Below are positions 40,087 to 50,035 of a DNA stretch of 64,000 nucleotides, one piece after another. The notes under the pieces are model-generated. The model was not told the DNA's origin. It saw only the letters and a list, made by a program, of their open reading frames with translations, and did no database searches. Source of the stretch: an uncultured delta proteobacterium (GTDB lineage Bacteria; Desulfobacterota; Syntrophorhabdia; Syntrophorhabdales; WCHB1-27); assembly GCA_963810935.1 (NCBI GenBank), contig CAWEPK010000007.1:1-64000 (forward strand), in the 5' to 3' direction. How positions within the stretch are numbered: position 1 is the stretch's first letter; each line of letters opens with the position of its first letter. Position numbers and translations under genes: made by a program.

Positions 40087-40326
40087 ATGAAGAAGAAAAT
40101 AAGTTACACTGAGGGGCCTGTCGGCGAGCTTAAGGCGGTCAGGGACTTTTTGCCTTCCCCGGACCGGCTGGCGCTGAAAGAGGAGAACGTCAAGATCACC
40201 ATCTCGCTGAAGCAATCGAGCGTAGCCTTCTTCAAGGCACAGGCAAAAAAACACAAGACATCATATCAGAAGATGATAAGGGAGTTGGTAGACCGCTACG
40301 CCTCGCATTACAAGAAGAGCGCATAA
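40087..40326 (+). CDS. CopG/BrnA-like antitoxin, no adjacent toxin
   Basis: DFLPSPD.L...VKITISL....VAFFK..A......YQKMIR. TTGACA at 40023 overlaps a CATAT-A-ATATG dyad. Confidence 0.75.
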   Translation: MKKKISYTEGPVGELKAVRDFLPSPDRLALKEENVKITISLKQSSVAFFKAQAKKHKTSYQKMIRELVDRYASHYKKSA

Positions 40327-40352
40327 TGGCGTAAAGCACTCTGCCGGCCCGC

Positions 40353-40796
40353 TCACAAATGCGCGATCTCTATCTCCGGGTATATTTCTTTGAAGTGCTC
40401 GGCGACGAGGCTGCGGTGGCAGTGCTCGGCGGTCGGCTCGGCGCAGAGCAGGCACGCATCCTTTAGGTCTGTAGCGGCGAACGTTGTTTTGACCGGCCTG
40501 CTCTCCAGCAGCTTCCTGAACCGCACCGTATACGCGGGCCAATCGACCTTTTTGTTCTGCCAGTCGTCGAGCAGCTCCGGTGACGGCGACAGGATGGTCT
40601 CGTGCGCATAGTCGCAGTTGCAGATGGTTTTCAGGAAGTATTTGAGGTCGTCGCGCTTGGCAAAGCCCGCGAGTTGCGATACGTTGTTCAGCCGGATGTC
40701 GATCACCCTCTTTATGCCCGCGCCCTTGATCTTGCTGAAAAAAGCCTCGGCGCTCTTCTTCGTGAAGCCGATTGTGAAGAGAGTTGTTTTAGCCAT
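40353..40796 (-). CDS. DUF488 family protein (short)
   Basis: FTIGFTKKSAE.FF, IDIRL, LLCAE....CHR. Confidence 0.85.
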   Translation of the reverse strand: MAKTTLFTIGFTKKSAEAFFSKIKGAGIKRVIDIRLNNVSQLAGFAKRDDLKYFLKTICNCDYAHETILSPSPELLDDWQNKKVDWPAYTVRFRKLLESRPVKTTFAATDLKDACLLCAEPTAEHCHRSLVAEHFKEIYPEIEIAHL

Positions 40797-41436
40797 TGAT
40801 CCTCTCGCCGACTCCCCTCTCCGTATTGTCTGTCCGCTCCGAATACGCTATTACTTCGCTTTGCAGCTTATATGCCTCGTCAAGACGTTCGGCTTCTGTA
40901 GGATATAGGAGCGCTTTGTCGAGCCCGTGTAGACGAACAAGTCTCTTCTCTGTGTCCGCATGGTTCTCAATTAGTCCGTTATCCACAATGTGCTTGATGA
41001 CAACATTCTGAGACCGCAAATGTCTGCATATTAAAATTGCCCTATGACAGTTTATTGGATCGCGCTCAGCGCACATGATTGCTATGCGGTGCAATTGCAT
41101 GCCTTTTCGGAGACGCTCCAGACCAGTCTGGAATTCCTTGTTATGTTTGACGAGCTCGAAGCTGACCTTTCCGTTAACATAGCACTCCGGAGCTTGTATT
41201 CTCGCTCCGCACTGGTCTCCAAGGAAGACGTAGGCAATGCCATTTTGCTTCAATATATGTTTCACAGTTTCTCGGTTGAATTCCGGCCTATACCTGCTGT
41301 AAGGCTGCGAGCGGACGTCTGCAACGACATCAATTCGATAGCTCGCTATTGCCCGGATGAAATCAGCAACCGTGAAGGAAGAATAGCCTATTGAATAAAT
41401 TTCGTTGTCCACCATTTGAGCTACCTCTGATGGCAT
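40789..41436 (-). CDS. DUF488 family protein (long)
   Basis: IYSIGYS, ADVRSQPYSR, IMCAERDPINCHR. Confidence 0.85.
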   Translation of the reverse strand: MPSEVAQMVDNEIYSIGYSSFTVADFIRAIASYRIDVVADVRSQPYSRYRPEFNRETVKHILKQNGIAYVFLGDQCGARIQAPECYVNGKVSFELVKHNKEFQTGLERLRKGMQLHRIAIMCAERDPINCHRAILICRHLRSQNVVIKHIVDNGLIENHADTEKRLVRLHGLDKALLYPTEAERLDEAYKLQSEVIAYSERTDNTERGVGERING

Positions 41437-42128
41437 CTAATACCTTCGAAATAATGAGGGAACGTATAAATACCGTTTACCTGCAACCAAAAACCCCTTC
41501 TGCCGTCCGGGGCCTCATACTCTCTGCTTAGCCCTAATCGAATGAATACCCTTTCCTGGGCTCGTATGAAGTCACTTAGATCGCCCACCCTGCCGGCGTC
41601 GGACTTTTTTAAAGCATAATTATAGAACCCCAAATCATTAATCGGCAGATACCGGAACGCTTTGCCCGCCCCGTCGGTGAAAATAGCCCTTATCCTGCCT
41701 TCATTATAATCATCGGCGACTATAGTTAAATTTGTGGGAGCAACTCGGAGCGTGATGATGGAAATCCCAGGGGCCTTCTCCTTTGGAATGTATTTCTGCT
41801 TATCATCAAAGACAGGGCCGAATCCTTCCTCCACGGAATCAGTCTGCGTTGCTTCAAGGATCTTCTCAAACACTTCCGAGCTGCAAGGCCCCACGAAAGT
41901 TAACGGCCCGGAATATATTCGATCTTCGGAATGAGGGTTCGCCGAGGGAATTGGCTTAAAAGTCCCTCTCATAATGGCGCCCGGAAGGATGTTTAATCTT
42001 TGGCATTCCTTGGTTGTGAGGTATGGCATCGGTCTGACGCATTCATTTGTCAGTGGGTTGATGCCGGCAATGCAGACTACGTCCGGCCTGTTGAATCGCG
42101 TGAGGTCGGTAATTACAATATCCATCAT
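41421..42128 (-). CDS. Dual-OB-domain-like protein
   Basis: IVITDLT...VCIAG....CVRP...HSED...YLPINDL...IRLGLSR...WLQVNGI pattern; overlaps the DUF488 gene. Family recognised from memory. Confidence 0.6.
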   Translation of the reverse strand: MMDIVITDLTRFNRPDVVCIAGINPLTNECVRPMPYLTTKECQRLNILPGAIMRGTFKPIPSANPHSEDRIYSGPLTFVGPCSSEVFEKILEATQTDSVEEGFGPVFDDKQKYIPKEKAPGISIITLRVAPTNLTIVADDYNEGRIRAIFTDGAGKAFRYLPINDLGFYNYALKKSDAGRVGDLSDFIRAQERVFIRLGLSREYEAPDGRRGFWLQVNGIYTFPHYFEGIRCHQR

Positions 42129-42364
42129 CCCTGAACCGGACCGGCTGATCCGTCGGTCCTTCCCTCTTCTCTAAGGACGGGCGGCCGACCGCGCCGCTTA
42201 GTGATATCTTATGTCAGATTATACATCATTTAAAAAGATGAGTGTACAGCTTTTGATGCGCCGGGGCATCAATAATTCACAGACGGTTAAGATGTCTCGG
42301 CAGTGCGAAACCGTGCTATCATACGTGTATGCCGGAAAGACAAGCCGCTGTTGAGGAGGGGAGC

Positions 42365-43015
42365 ATGAAGGGAGGGAGAGGCAAATCTAACGGAAGATGG
42401 ATCGATGTCTCGATGCCCGTGCGGACGGGGATGGTCATTTATCCGAGCGACTCGCCGGTCACGGTGGAGCGCACGTCGGACGTCGCCAAAGGGGACCGCG
42501 TGACTCTATCTCGCGTCTCTATGGGGGTGCACGCAGGCACGCACGTGGACGCCCCGCTCCATTTCCTGCAGGACGGCGTGTCCATCGACCGCGTTCCCCT
42601 GGAGCGGCTCGCAGGGACGGCAAGGGTCGTCCACGTGCGTGAAGGGCAATCGATCGGCCTTGACGCTGTGGAAGGCGCGGACATCCAGGCGGGCCAGATG
42701 GCCTTTTTCAAGACGCGCAACTCGGCGCTCCTGCGCCTCGACCGCTTCGCCGAGGATTACGTATACCTGTCGGCTGCGGCCGCCCGGCGGCTCGTGGAGA
42801 TAGGCGTAGCCGCGGTCGGCATAGATTATCTCTCAATAGACGGCTACAGGCACGGCACGGACGCGCACATGACGCTCCTTACGGCTTCCGTGCCGGTGAT
42901 AGAAGGGCTCGATCTTTCGGACGTAGGAGCAGGCCTATACGACTGCGTCTGCCTGCCGTTGCGACTGGAAGGCGCCGAGGCGGCGCCGGCAAGGGTAATC
43001 GTGCGGGCAAAATAG
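42365..43015 (+). CDS. Cyclase family (kynurenine formamidase-like) metal hydrolase
   Basis: HAGTHVDAPLH, VGIDYLSID, IEGLDL, CLPLRL.GAEAAPARV; GAGGAGG RBS. Confidence 0.9.
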   Translation: MKGGRGKSNGRWIDVSMPVRTGMVIYPSDSPVTVERTSDVAKGDRVTLSRVSMGVHAGTHVDAPLHFLQDGVSIDRVPLERLAGTARVVHVREGQSIGLDAVEGADIQAGQMAFFKTRNSALLRLDRFAEDYVYLSAAAARRLVEIGVAAVGIDYLSIDGYRHGTDAHMTLLTASVPVIEGLDLSDVGAGLYDCVCLPLRLEGAEAAPARVIVRAK

Positions 43016-43053
43016 CGGCCGGGACCTTTTCGCGGCCCCCGCCTGTCTGAAGC

Positions 43054-45111
43054 TCACCCCGCTTTCCTGATACTGCACAGCAGCCCCTTCCACTGGGGAT
43101 ACCCCATGATAGGCTCCCTGGCCTGGCAATCGGTCAGGAGGTTGCAGTTGGCATCTTTCGGCCAGCCGTGGGGGACGAGGACGACGCCTTCCATGATCCT
43201 CTCGTCAACGTGCGCCTTCATCTTTACCTGTCCCCGGTCGGTCTCGACTATGACGTCGTCGCCGTGGGTGATGCCGTACTTCGAGGCGGTATCCGGCCCT
43301 ATCTCCGCTTTGGGGAAGGGGGACCATTTCTGGAGGGACTTGATGTTGTGGAGCATCGTGCCGTTGAAGAAGAAGTCGCGCGTGCCCGTTGAAAGGACTA
43401 GGGGGTATTTCTCCCCAAGCTCGGCCCAGCGCACCCCTTGCGGGCTTTTGTCAGGCTCCCGGTAAGTGGGCATGGGGTCCCAGCCTGCCTGCTCGAATGC
43501 CTCGCTGTATATCTCTATCTTCCTGGTGGGCGTAGCGAAGGAGCGCGGGTCGAGTGCATAATCCTTCGGCTGGTAATGGATGCCTTCGGGTGCGTCGAGG
43601 AGGGTCTGGAAGTCTATGCCTGAAGATTCAAGCTCCAGGGCAACCACCTCTTCGTCCGATTTCCAGGGGAACTTGTCGCCGAAGCCGCAGCGGTTCGCAA
43701 GCTCGGTATATACCTCCCGGATCGACTTGCACTCGTGGTACTGCGGAAGGAGGGGTTTCCTGAGCATGAGGTACGGCAGGCAGTGGCAGACGTTGTAGTT
43801 GTAGGCAAGCCCCCAGAACTCGAACTGGTTCGACGCAGGCAGGACGTAGTTGGCGAACTCGGCCGTCTCCGTCATGAACTGCTCGTAGACGACAACGAGG
43901 TCGAGCTTACTGAACGCATCGCGGAGCGCATTCGAATCGGGCATCGTGACAAGGGGGTTGCCCCCGGCTACGATAAAGGCGCGTATCTTGTCGGGCACGC
44001 TCTCCGGCACCATGTTCATGACTGCATAAGGGCTCGTCCTTCCCCAGAGTGTATAGAAGAGGGGGTATTCGTCGGCTCCCAGCGGCTTGCCGGGGAAAGG
44101 CAGGCTTACGTCGGTAAGGCGCAATCTCGGGCTGATGACCCACCCGCCGGGCACGTTGATGTTGCCTGTGAGTACCTGGAGGATGGCCATCGCCCGGTCC
44201 GTCTGGCTCCCGTTTGCGCACTGGTCCTGCGTGCAGGTGCCGTGGAAGATGGATGCCCCTTTGGTGGTGGCGAAGCGGCGGGCAAGGATGCGGATGTCGG
44301 AGGCCTTCACGGAGGTGATCTTTTCCGCCCACTCCGGCGTGTACTGCTGCACGTGGGGGACCAGCTTATCGAAGCCGTAGGTCCATTTCTCGACGAACTC
44401 CTTGTCGTAGAGGTTCTCGTTTATCATGACGTTCATCAGGGCAAGGGCGAGCGCCCCGTCCGTCCCCGGCCTTATGGCGAGGTACATCTCCGCGCGGTCG
44501 GCTATGGCGAGCCTCCTCGGGTCGATGACGATCACCCTCGCCCCCTTCTTGATATTCTCTTCCATAGCCAGGGCAAGGGGGAAGTCGGACGCGGAGGGGT
44601 TATGGCCCCAGAGTAGATAGAGGTTGGAGTCCATCTCTTCGACCGGGTATTTCCCGAAGGTGATCTGACGCGCCCTGATGCGCATACGGTAGCAGATGCT
44701 CTCGACCGAGAAGAAGTTGGGCGACCCGAGGGCTGCCTTGAACCTGTGGGTGAGTGAGATCATCTCCAGGTTCTCAACGCCGATGGAGCCGCAGAAGAAC
44801 GCGACAACGGAGGGGCCGTACTTTTCTTTCAGCGCGTTCAGCTTTTCTGCGATCTCCGAGAACGCCTGCTCCCAGGAGATGCGTATCCAGTCGCTGCCCT
44901 CTTTCTTGAGCGGGTATTTGAGCCTGTCGGGGTGGTAGAGGTGCTCGATTGCGGCCTGTCCCTTCGCACAGAGCCTCCCCTTGTTGAGGGGGTGCGATTC
45001 CTGGCCGCGCACTGCTATGGCCTTCCCGTCCTTGACAGTGACTTCCATGCCGCAGCTATGGTAGCAGAGCGCGCATCCCGTGAAGCCCGTTATCGTGTCG
45101 CTATCGGTCAT
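43054..45111 (-). CDS. Cytoplasmic molybdopterin (DMSO-reductase superfamily) oxidoreductase with N-terminal [4Fe-4S]
   Basis: CxxCxxxC...LCAKG, HPDRLKYPL, WGHNP, IRPGTD, ADY-like ANYVLP, C-terminal molybdopterin-dinucleotide domain; no Tat signal. Confidence 0.9.
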   Translation of the reverse strand: MTDSDTITGFTGCALCYHSCGMEVTVKDGKAIAVRGQESHPLNKGRLCAKGQAAIEHLYHPDRLKYPLKKEGSDWIRISWEQAFSEIAEKLNALKEKYGPSVVAFFCGSIGVENLEMISLTHRFKAALGSPNFFSVESICYRMRIRARQITFGKYPVEEMDSNLYLLWGHNPSASDFPLALAMEENIKKGARVIVIDPRRLAIADRAEMYLAIRPGTDGALALALMNVMINENLYDKEFVEKWTYGFDKLVPHVQQYTPEWAEKITSVKASDIRILARRFATTKGASIFHGTCTQDQCANGSQTDRAMAILQVLTGNINVPGGWVISPRLRLTDVSLPFPGKPLGADEYPLFYTLWGRTSPYAVMNMVPESVPDKIRAFIVAGGNPLVTMPDSNALRDAFSKLDLVVVYEQFMTETAEFANYVLPASNQFEFWGLAYNYNVCHCLPYLMLRKPLLPQYHECKSIREVYTELANRCGFGDKFPWKSDEEVVALELESSGIDFQTLLDAPEGIHYQPKDYALDPRSFATPTRKIEIYSEAFEQAGWDPMPTYREPDKSPQGVRWAELGEKYPLVLSTGTRDFFFNGTMLHNIKSLQKWSPFPKAEIGPDTASKYGITHGDDVIVETDRGQVKMKAHVDERIMEGVVLVPHGWPKDANCNLLTDCQAREPIMGYPQWKGLLCSIRKAG

Positions 45112-45143
45112 GATGAAGCCTCCTGAACCGGGTTTGCGCGCTG

Positions 45144-45995
45144 CTACTTATAGTCGTAGAACCCTTTGCCGACCTTCCGCCCGAGCCAGCCGGCCGTCAC
45201 CATCTTTCTCAGGAGGACAGGCGGGGCGTACTTGGTCTCTTTCGTCTCCTCGAAGAGGCTTTCCGCTATGGAAAGCTCCGTGTCTAGGCCTATAAAATCT
45301 ATGACTTCGAGGGGCCCCATCGGATGGTTTACGGCAAGCTTCATCGATATGTCGATTTCGTCTCTTGTCGCGATGCCTGCCTCCAGCATCCTTATGGCGC
45401 CCAGCAGAAATGGCGTAAAGAGCCGGGTAACGATAAATCCGCCCACATCAGGGGCCACGACCATGGTCTTTCCTATGGTGGCCGCCCATTTCCGGACCGC
45501 TTCTATGGTCTCTTGGCCCGTCATGATCGTTTTCACTACTTCGAGAAGCTGCATGACGGGGGCGGGATTGTGGAAATGCATGCCGATTACCTTGTCCGCC
45601 CTTTTCGTTGCGACGGCCATGTCGGTTATGGAGAGGCCGGAGGTGTTGGAGCCGAATATCGTCTCCGGCTTGCAGACGGCGTCCAGCGCAACAAAGGTCT
45701 TCTTTTTCAGCTCCAGGTCTTCCGGAATCGCTTCCTCGATGAGGTCGCAGTCTTTCAGGTCCTCTATCCGGGTGCTCGTCCTGATCTTTGCCATCATCGC
45801 GTTTTTGTCCGCCTCGGACAGCTTGCCCTTCTCGACGCGTCCCATAAGACGCTTGTCGATGCCCTTCAGGCCTTTCGCGAGCATCGCCTCGCTGGAATCG
45901 ACGGCCACGACATCATAACCCGCCTGGGCAAAGACCTGGCCGATTCCCGCGCCCATCTGACCGAACCCGATGATCCCCAGCTTTTTGATGTCCAT
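45144..45995 (-). CDS. 3-hydroxyacyl(butyryl)-CoA dehydrogenase
   Basis: GFGQMGAGI, EAIPE, SNTS, GMHFHNP, HPMGP, G.LGRK.GKGFY. Confidence 0.92.
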   Translation of the reverse strand: MDIKKLGIIGFGQMGAGIGQVFAQAGYDVVAVDSSEAMLAKGLKGIDKRLMGRVEKGKLSEADKNAMMAKIRTSTRIEDLKDCDLIEEAIPEDLELKKKTFVALDAVCKPETIFGSNTSGLSITDMAVATKRADKVIGMHFHNPAPVMQLLEVVKTIMTGQETIEAVRKWAATIGKTMVVAPDVGGFIVTRLFTPFLLGAIRMLEAGIATRDEIDISMKLAVNHPMGPLEVIDFIGLDTELSIAESLFEETKETKYAPPVLLRKMVTAGWLGRKVGKGFYDYK

Positions 45996-46064
45996 AAGTC
46001 CTCCTTGTGGTAAGGTCCGCGCAAGGAAAGCGGACCAGGGGCGTTTTCGCCCGCCCGTGCCTTA

Positions 46065-47705
46065 TTAAGAAAGTCCCAGTTTCTGCTTGATGTCTTTTCT
46101 CAAAGCTTTTTTATCGTGTTTCCCGGCTTCCGTCAAGGGCAGGCTGCCGACTACCTCGAACCTCTCCGGTACGAGCAGCTTCGATGCCCCGTGGGATTCC
46201 ATGTAAGCCTTTATAGCCTCGACGTCGAGGATAGCGCCGGGAGCGGGCCGCACGTAGGCACAAACTATTTCGCCGAGGTTCTTGTCCGGCATCCCGATCA
46301 CCGCTGCGTCCGCAATACCGGGGACGGCCAAAAGCATGTCCTCGACCTGTCCCGGCGAGATGTTCTCGCCGCCTCTGATGATTATGTCCTTGATCCTCCC
46401 GGTGATCGTCACGTAACCCTCGGCGCTTATCCGCGCCTGGTCGCCCGTCCTGAAAAAGCCGTCTTTCGTGAAGCTGCTTGCGGTCGCTTCCGGGTTCTTC
46501 AGGTAGCCGCCGAATATGCCGGGCCCCTTCGCCACCAGCTCTCCGTCCGTGCCGGGGGGCAGCCCCTCCCCGTTTTCGTTTACGACCTTGACCGTCTCGT
46601 AGGGGCAGCACGGCTTGCCGACGGTCGAGCAGATCGTATCGACGTCATCGGTGAGCCGCGAGCGGCAGAGCAGCCCTTCCGTCATACCGAACTCGTTCAC
46701 GTACGTGCACTTCAGCTTGCGGTAGACCTCCCGGATCAAATCCGGCGTGCTCGGCTCGCCCCCGCCAAGGATCTTCTTGAGCGAGCTTAAATCGTACTTA
46801 TCGAAATCGTCCATCTGCATGATCCTCCGCGTGAGGCTGGGGACCATCGGCACGTAGGTTACCTGTTCTTTCTGTATCGTGGCGCAGATATCCGCAGGCT
46901 TCGTCGAGTCGAGGAGGACCAGCTTGTACGCGTGGAACATCGCGCCCACTACATTGAGGAGCGCCAGATTGTGGCCGACGGGGACGACGACAAGGCCCGC
47001 GTCGCCGGGGCCGACCTCCCACCCCTTATGGTTATATTCGACATTGCAGATGTAATCGTTGTGCGTGCGGGGGATGCCCTTCGGCATGCCGGTGGTGCCG
47101 CCGGACGGTATCACGTGGGCAACGTCTTTCGGGTCGGGCCGGCAGGCCGCGAGTTTTTCGAGGTCGGCGGGAGTTACACTCCGCTGAAGCAGCGCCTCAA
47201 GGGTCGCGGTGAACGGGCTGCCTCCTGCACTCCTCACGGAGATCACGTGTTTCAGGCACGGGTTCTGCTTGAGCACGTCGCCGATGAAGCTCGTCGTGTA
47301 ATCGGTCTTACGGTAAGCGGCAGGCACGATCCACGCCTTTGCCTGCGTAAGGTTGCACATATGGCTCGTCTCTAGCAGGCCGAAACCCGAGATACAAAGG
47401 ACGGGGACGGCCCCGATTTTTTGCAGGCCGAAAAAGGCGTAAACGTATTCCGCCCAGTTCGGCAACTGGAGGAGCACGCAATCGCCCTTGCCGATGCCCA
47501 GGTCGAGAAAGCTCAAGGCGAGCCGGTTGGCCCCTTCCCTGATCTCCCCGTATGTGAGGCGCGACCTGTCATCGACAACGCCCTCCCTGCCGGGAAATAC
47601 GTCGGCCACGCGGTCGAGCACGTCCCCCAGGGTAAGCCCCATCCACCAGCGTAACTTTTCATATTTTGCTACGTCGTCCGCTTTCCAAACCGGTATGCTA
47701 TCCAC
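46065..47705 (-). CDS. Aryl/acyl-CoA (AMP-forming) ligase, DhbE/EntE-like
   Basis: SGGTTGMPKGIPRTHNDY, FGMTEG, RTGD, IIRGGENI. Confidence 0.88.
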   Translation of the reverse strand: MDSIPVWKADDVAKYEKLRWWMGLTLGDVLDRVADVFPGREGVVDDRSRLTYGEIREGANRLALSFLDLGIGKGDCVLLQLPNWAEYVYAFFGLQKIGAVPVLCISGFGLLETSHMCNLTQAKAWIVPAAYRKTDYTTSFIGDVLKQNPCLKHVISVRSAGGSPFTATLEALLQRSVTPADLEKLAACRPDPKDVAHVIPSGGTTGMPKGIPRTHNDYICNVEYNHKGWEVGPGDAGLVVVPVGHNLALLNVVGAMFHAYKLVLLDSTKPADICATIQKEQVTYVPMVPSLTRRIMQMDDFDKYDLSSLKKILGGGEPSTPDLIREVYRKLKCTYVNEFGMTEGLLCRSRLTDDVDTICSTVGKPCCPYETVKVVNENGEGLPPGTDGELVAKGPGIFGGYLKNPEATASSFTKDGFFRTGDQARISAEGYVTITGRIKDIIIRGGENISPGQVEDMLLAVPGIADAAVIGMPDKNLGEIVCAYVRPAPGAILDVEAIKAYMESHGASKLLVPERFEVVGSLPLTEAGKHDKKALRKDIKQKLGLS

Positions 47706-47741
47706 TATGTACCCCTCCTTAGTAATAGGCGGCCTGTCTTC

Positions 47742-48926
47742 CTAGAGAAGCTCCTCGTTGAACTGGGCCGCCCGCGCCCCCTTAGGGAGGAAAGGTTCGG
47801 GCGCCGTGACGGTTCCTTCCGGCCATCTGGTGCAGTTCACTTTTTCATAGCGTGAGTCGGCTTCGAGGCACCAGTTGCACGCAGCGCACCTCACGATCTC
47901 GTTGTCTCTGCCTTCCTTCGCCTTCACGGGCCAGTCGGGGTCGCACAAAAGGGCGCGGCAGAGGCCGATGATGTCGGCCTGCCCTTTTTCGAGTATCTGC
48001 TCCGCATGGTCGGGGTTCCTGATCTTGCCGGCAGTAATGACGGGCGTGTTAAGCCCGGCGTCCTTTATAGCCTGCCTGATGCCGTCCGCGAGGAAGACGT
48101 GCGTTCCGTCGGGCCACCAGAACCACGGGCTCATGCGGTGGCCGCTGTAGCCGGACATCGGGTCGGGCGGGTTACCCTCGGCAGGCACGACGGCGTCCTC
48201 GAACCTGCTCCCTGCCGAGACGCTTATATAATCGGCCCCCAGCTCCGCAAATTTTCGCCCGATCCTCGCGCTCTGGGCGAGGGTATTCCCGGTCACGTGG
48301 TAGTCTTCGCCGTTTATCCTGACGCCGAGGGGGTAATTTTCCCCGACGACTGCACGGACTGCCTGAAATACCTCGATGGGCAGCTTCATGCGCTTATCAA
48401 GGCTTCCCCCGTAACCGTCGATCCTGTGGTTGACGCGGGAGAGGAAGGAAGAGAGCACGTAGGCATGGGCCATGTGCACCTCGATGAACTCGAACCCTGC
48501 GGCGAGCGCCCTTTTGGCAGCGGCGACGTGGTCTTCGACGATCTTCGACAGCTCCTCGGTCTTGAAGTCCTCGACCTTCTGCCTCCAGCCTGTCTTGGAG
48601 AGCTTCAGGTGCTGCATGATCTGGATGCCTATCTTCGTTTCCTTGTTCGCGTCGCGTATCGTCTTCACCACTTCCTTGAGGCCGGGAAGGTACTCGTCGC
48701 TGCTGATCCTCAGGTTGAACGGGCTTTTCGAGGGTATAATCACCGCCGCCTCGACGACGATCGAGCCTACGCCGCCCCTGGCTTCCCTGGCGTATCTAAG
48801 TTTCAGCTCTTCGGTGACAGCGCCGTCCTCCGTGGAAAGGCCGGAGACCATCGAGGTCCTATGCAGTCTGTTGGGAAAAACTACGCCGCGCACGGTTATT
48901 GGCTCGAACAGCTTGGGGAACTTCAT
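47742..48926 (-). CDS. Old-yellow-enzyme family flavin oxidoreductase with C-terminal Cys cluster
   Basis: KLFEP, ARGG.G, EVHMAHAY..SSFLS, N.R.D.YGGS, DPDWP.K, CAACNWC...C. Confidence 0.88.
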   Translation of the reverse strand: MKFPKLFEPITVRGVVFPNRLHRTSMVSGLSTEDGAVTEELKLRYAREARGGVGSIVVEAAVIIPSKSPFNLRISSDEYLPGLKEVVKTIRDANKETKIGIQIMQHLKLSKTGWRQKVEDFKTEELSKIVEDHVAAAKRALAAGFEFIEVHMAHAYVLSSFLSRVNHRIDGYGGSLDKRMKLPIEVFQAVRAVVGENYPLGVRINGEDYHVTGNTLAQSARIGRKFAELGADYISVSAGSRFEDAVVPAEGNPPDPMSGYSGHRMSPWFWWPDGTHVFLADGIRQAIKDAGLNTPVITAGKIRNPDHAEQILEKGQADIIGLCRALLCDPDWPVKAKEGRDNEIVRCAACNWCLEADSRYEKVNCTRWPEGTVTAPEPFLPKGARAAQFNEELL

Positions 48927-49007
48927 CTCCTCCTCCTTATTTTACCTGCAATCTCTTTTCCCGTTTGAATAACCAGGATCAGGAAAACCGGTGCGTGATA
49001 TATATAA

Positions 49008-49787
49008 TCATCTGCCTTTGAAGACAGGTTTCCGCTTCTCCAGGAAGGCCGAGAGGCCCTCCTCGGCATCCTCCGAGTTTGCGACCCGGTCGTATAGCTC
49101 CAGCTCGAATCTGAGGGCCTCTTCTACGGGAAGCTCGACCCCTCTATCGACGGCCGTCTTGCACGCCTTTATCGAGAGGGGCCCGCAGGACTCAATCTTC
49201 TTCGCCAGGCCCTCCACCTCGGCCGTGAGCGTATCGCCGCTGCATACCTTTTCGACGAGCCCGAACCGAAAGGCCTCCTCCGCGTTAAGGAGAACCCCGG
49301 AGAAGAGCATATACTTGGCCCGGCCGGGCCCGACGAGCCTGGGCAGTAACTGGGTGCCCCCGTAACCTGCCAGGACGCCGAGGGTCGCTTCCGGCAGACC
49401 GAACCGCGCGTTCTCCGACGCGATCCTCAGATCGCAGGCAAGGGCAAGCTCGCAGCCCCCGCCGAGGGCGTAGCCGTTGACGGCCGCGATAACGGGCTTG
49501 TCGCACGTCCTGATCTTAGACAAGACATGCTGCCCGGCGGTGATGAAGGCGGTCCTTCCCTTCCTCGCGTCTTTGATCTCCTTCACGTCTGCCCCGGCAA
49601 CGAAGGCCTTCCTCCCCGCCCCGGTGACAACGACCACGGAGACGCCGTCGTCCTTTCCGATGTCGGTGAAAATATCGTCGAGCCTTTTCATGATGCGGCC
49701 CGTCAGTGCGTTGAGCGCCTCCTGCCTGTCAATCGTCAGGTAGACTACCCCGCCTTCGCGTTTTACAATGACCTGTCCCTCGTCCAT
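49008..49787 (-). CDS. Enoyl-CoA hydratase/crotonase
   Basis: AFVAGAD, AVNGYALGGGCELALACD, FGLPE (both catalytic Glu present), EKRKPVF. Confidence 0.93.
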   Translation of the reverse strand: MDEGQVIVKREGGVVYLTIDRQEALNALTGRIMKRLDDIFTDIGKDDGVSVVVVTGAGRKAFVAGADVKEIKDARKGRTAFITAGQHVLSKIRTCDKPVIAAVNGYALGGGCELALACDLRIASENARFGLPEATLGVLAGYGGTQLLPRLVGPGRAKYMLFSGVLLNAEEAFRFGLVEKVCSGDTLTAEVEGLAKKIESCGPLSIKACKTAVDRGVELPVEEALRFELELYDRVANSEDAEEGLSAFLEKRKPVFKGR

Positions 49788-49881
49788 TCATCGCCTCCGC
49801 GGTTTTTTCTACGCTCGCTTATTATGCCGCACGATGAAGATCTTTTCCAGGAATGCGCGATGCCTCCCGTGACGCCCGTTA

Positions 49882-49902
49882 CCGGTTCTCCCTATGAACC
49901 GG
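49882..49902. promoter_or_regulatory. Candidate IclR operator for the catabolic operon
   Basis: CCGGTTC-N7-GAACCGG just downstream of a minus-strand TTGACA-17-TAATAA promoter (49951-49923). Confidence 0.5.
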
Positions 49903-50035
49903 CGATCCACTTCATGAACTGATTATTACAACGGCCGCCTCCACTTGTCAACAAAAAAGTAAACCGGCATGCCGGAACACATATATCCCTCTTTTCTTAT
50001 TGACAACCACACCCCGTTCGCACTATACCTCATGC

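Noticed and set aside
43054..45111. Acetylene hydratase or a respiratory reductase
   Set aside because: Tyr follows the second Fe-S Cys where acetylene hydratase has its catalytic Asp (from memory). No Tat signal, Fe-S subunit or membrane anchor.
46065..47705. Siderophore (entE/dhbE) biosynthesis
   Set aside because: No aryl carrier protein, NRPS or isochorismate genes; the context is beta-oxidation.
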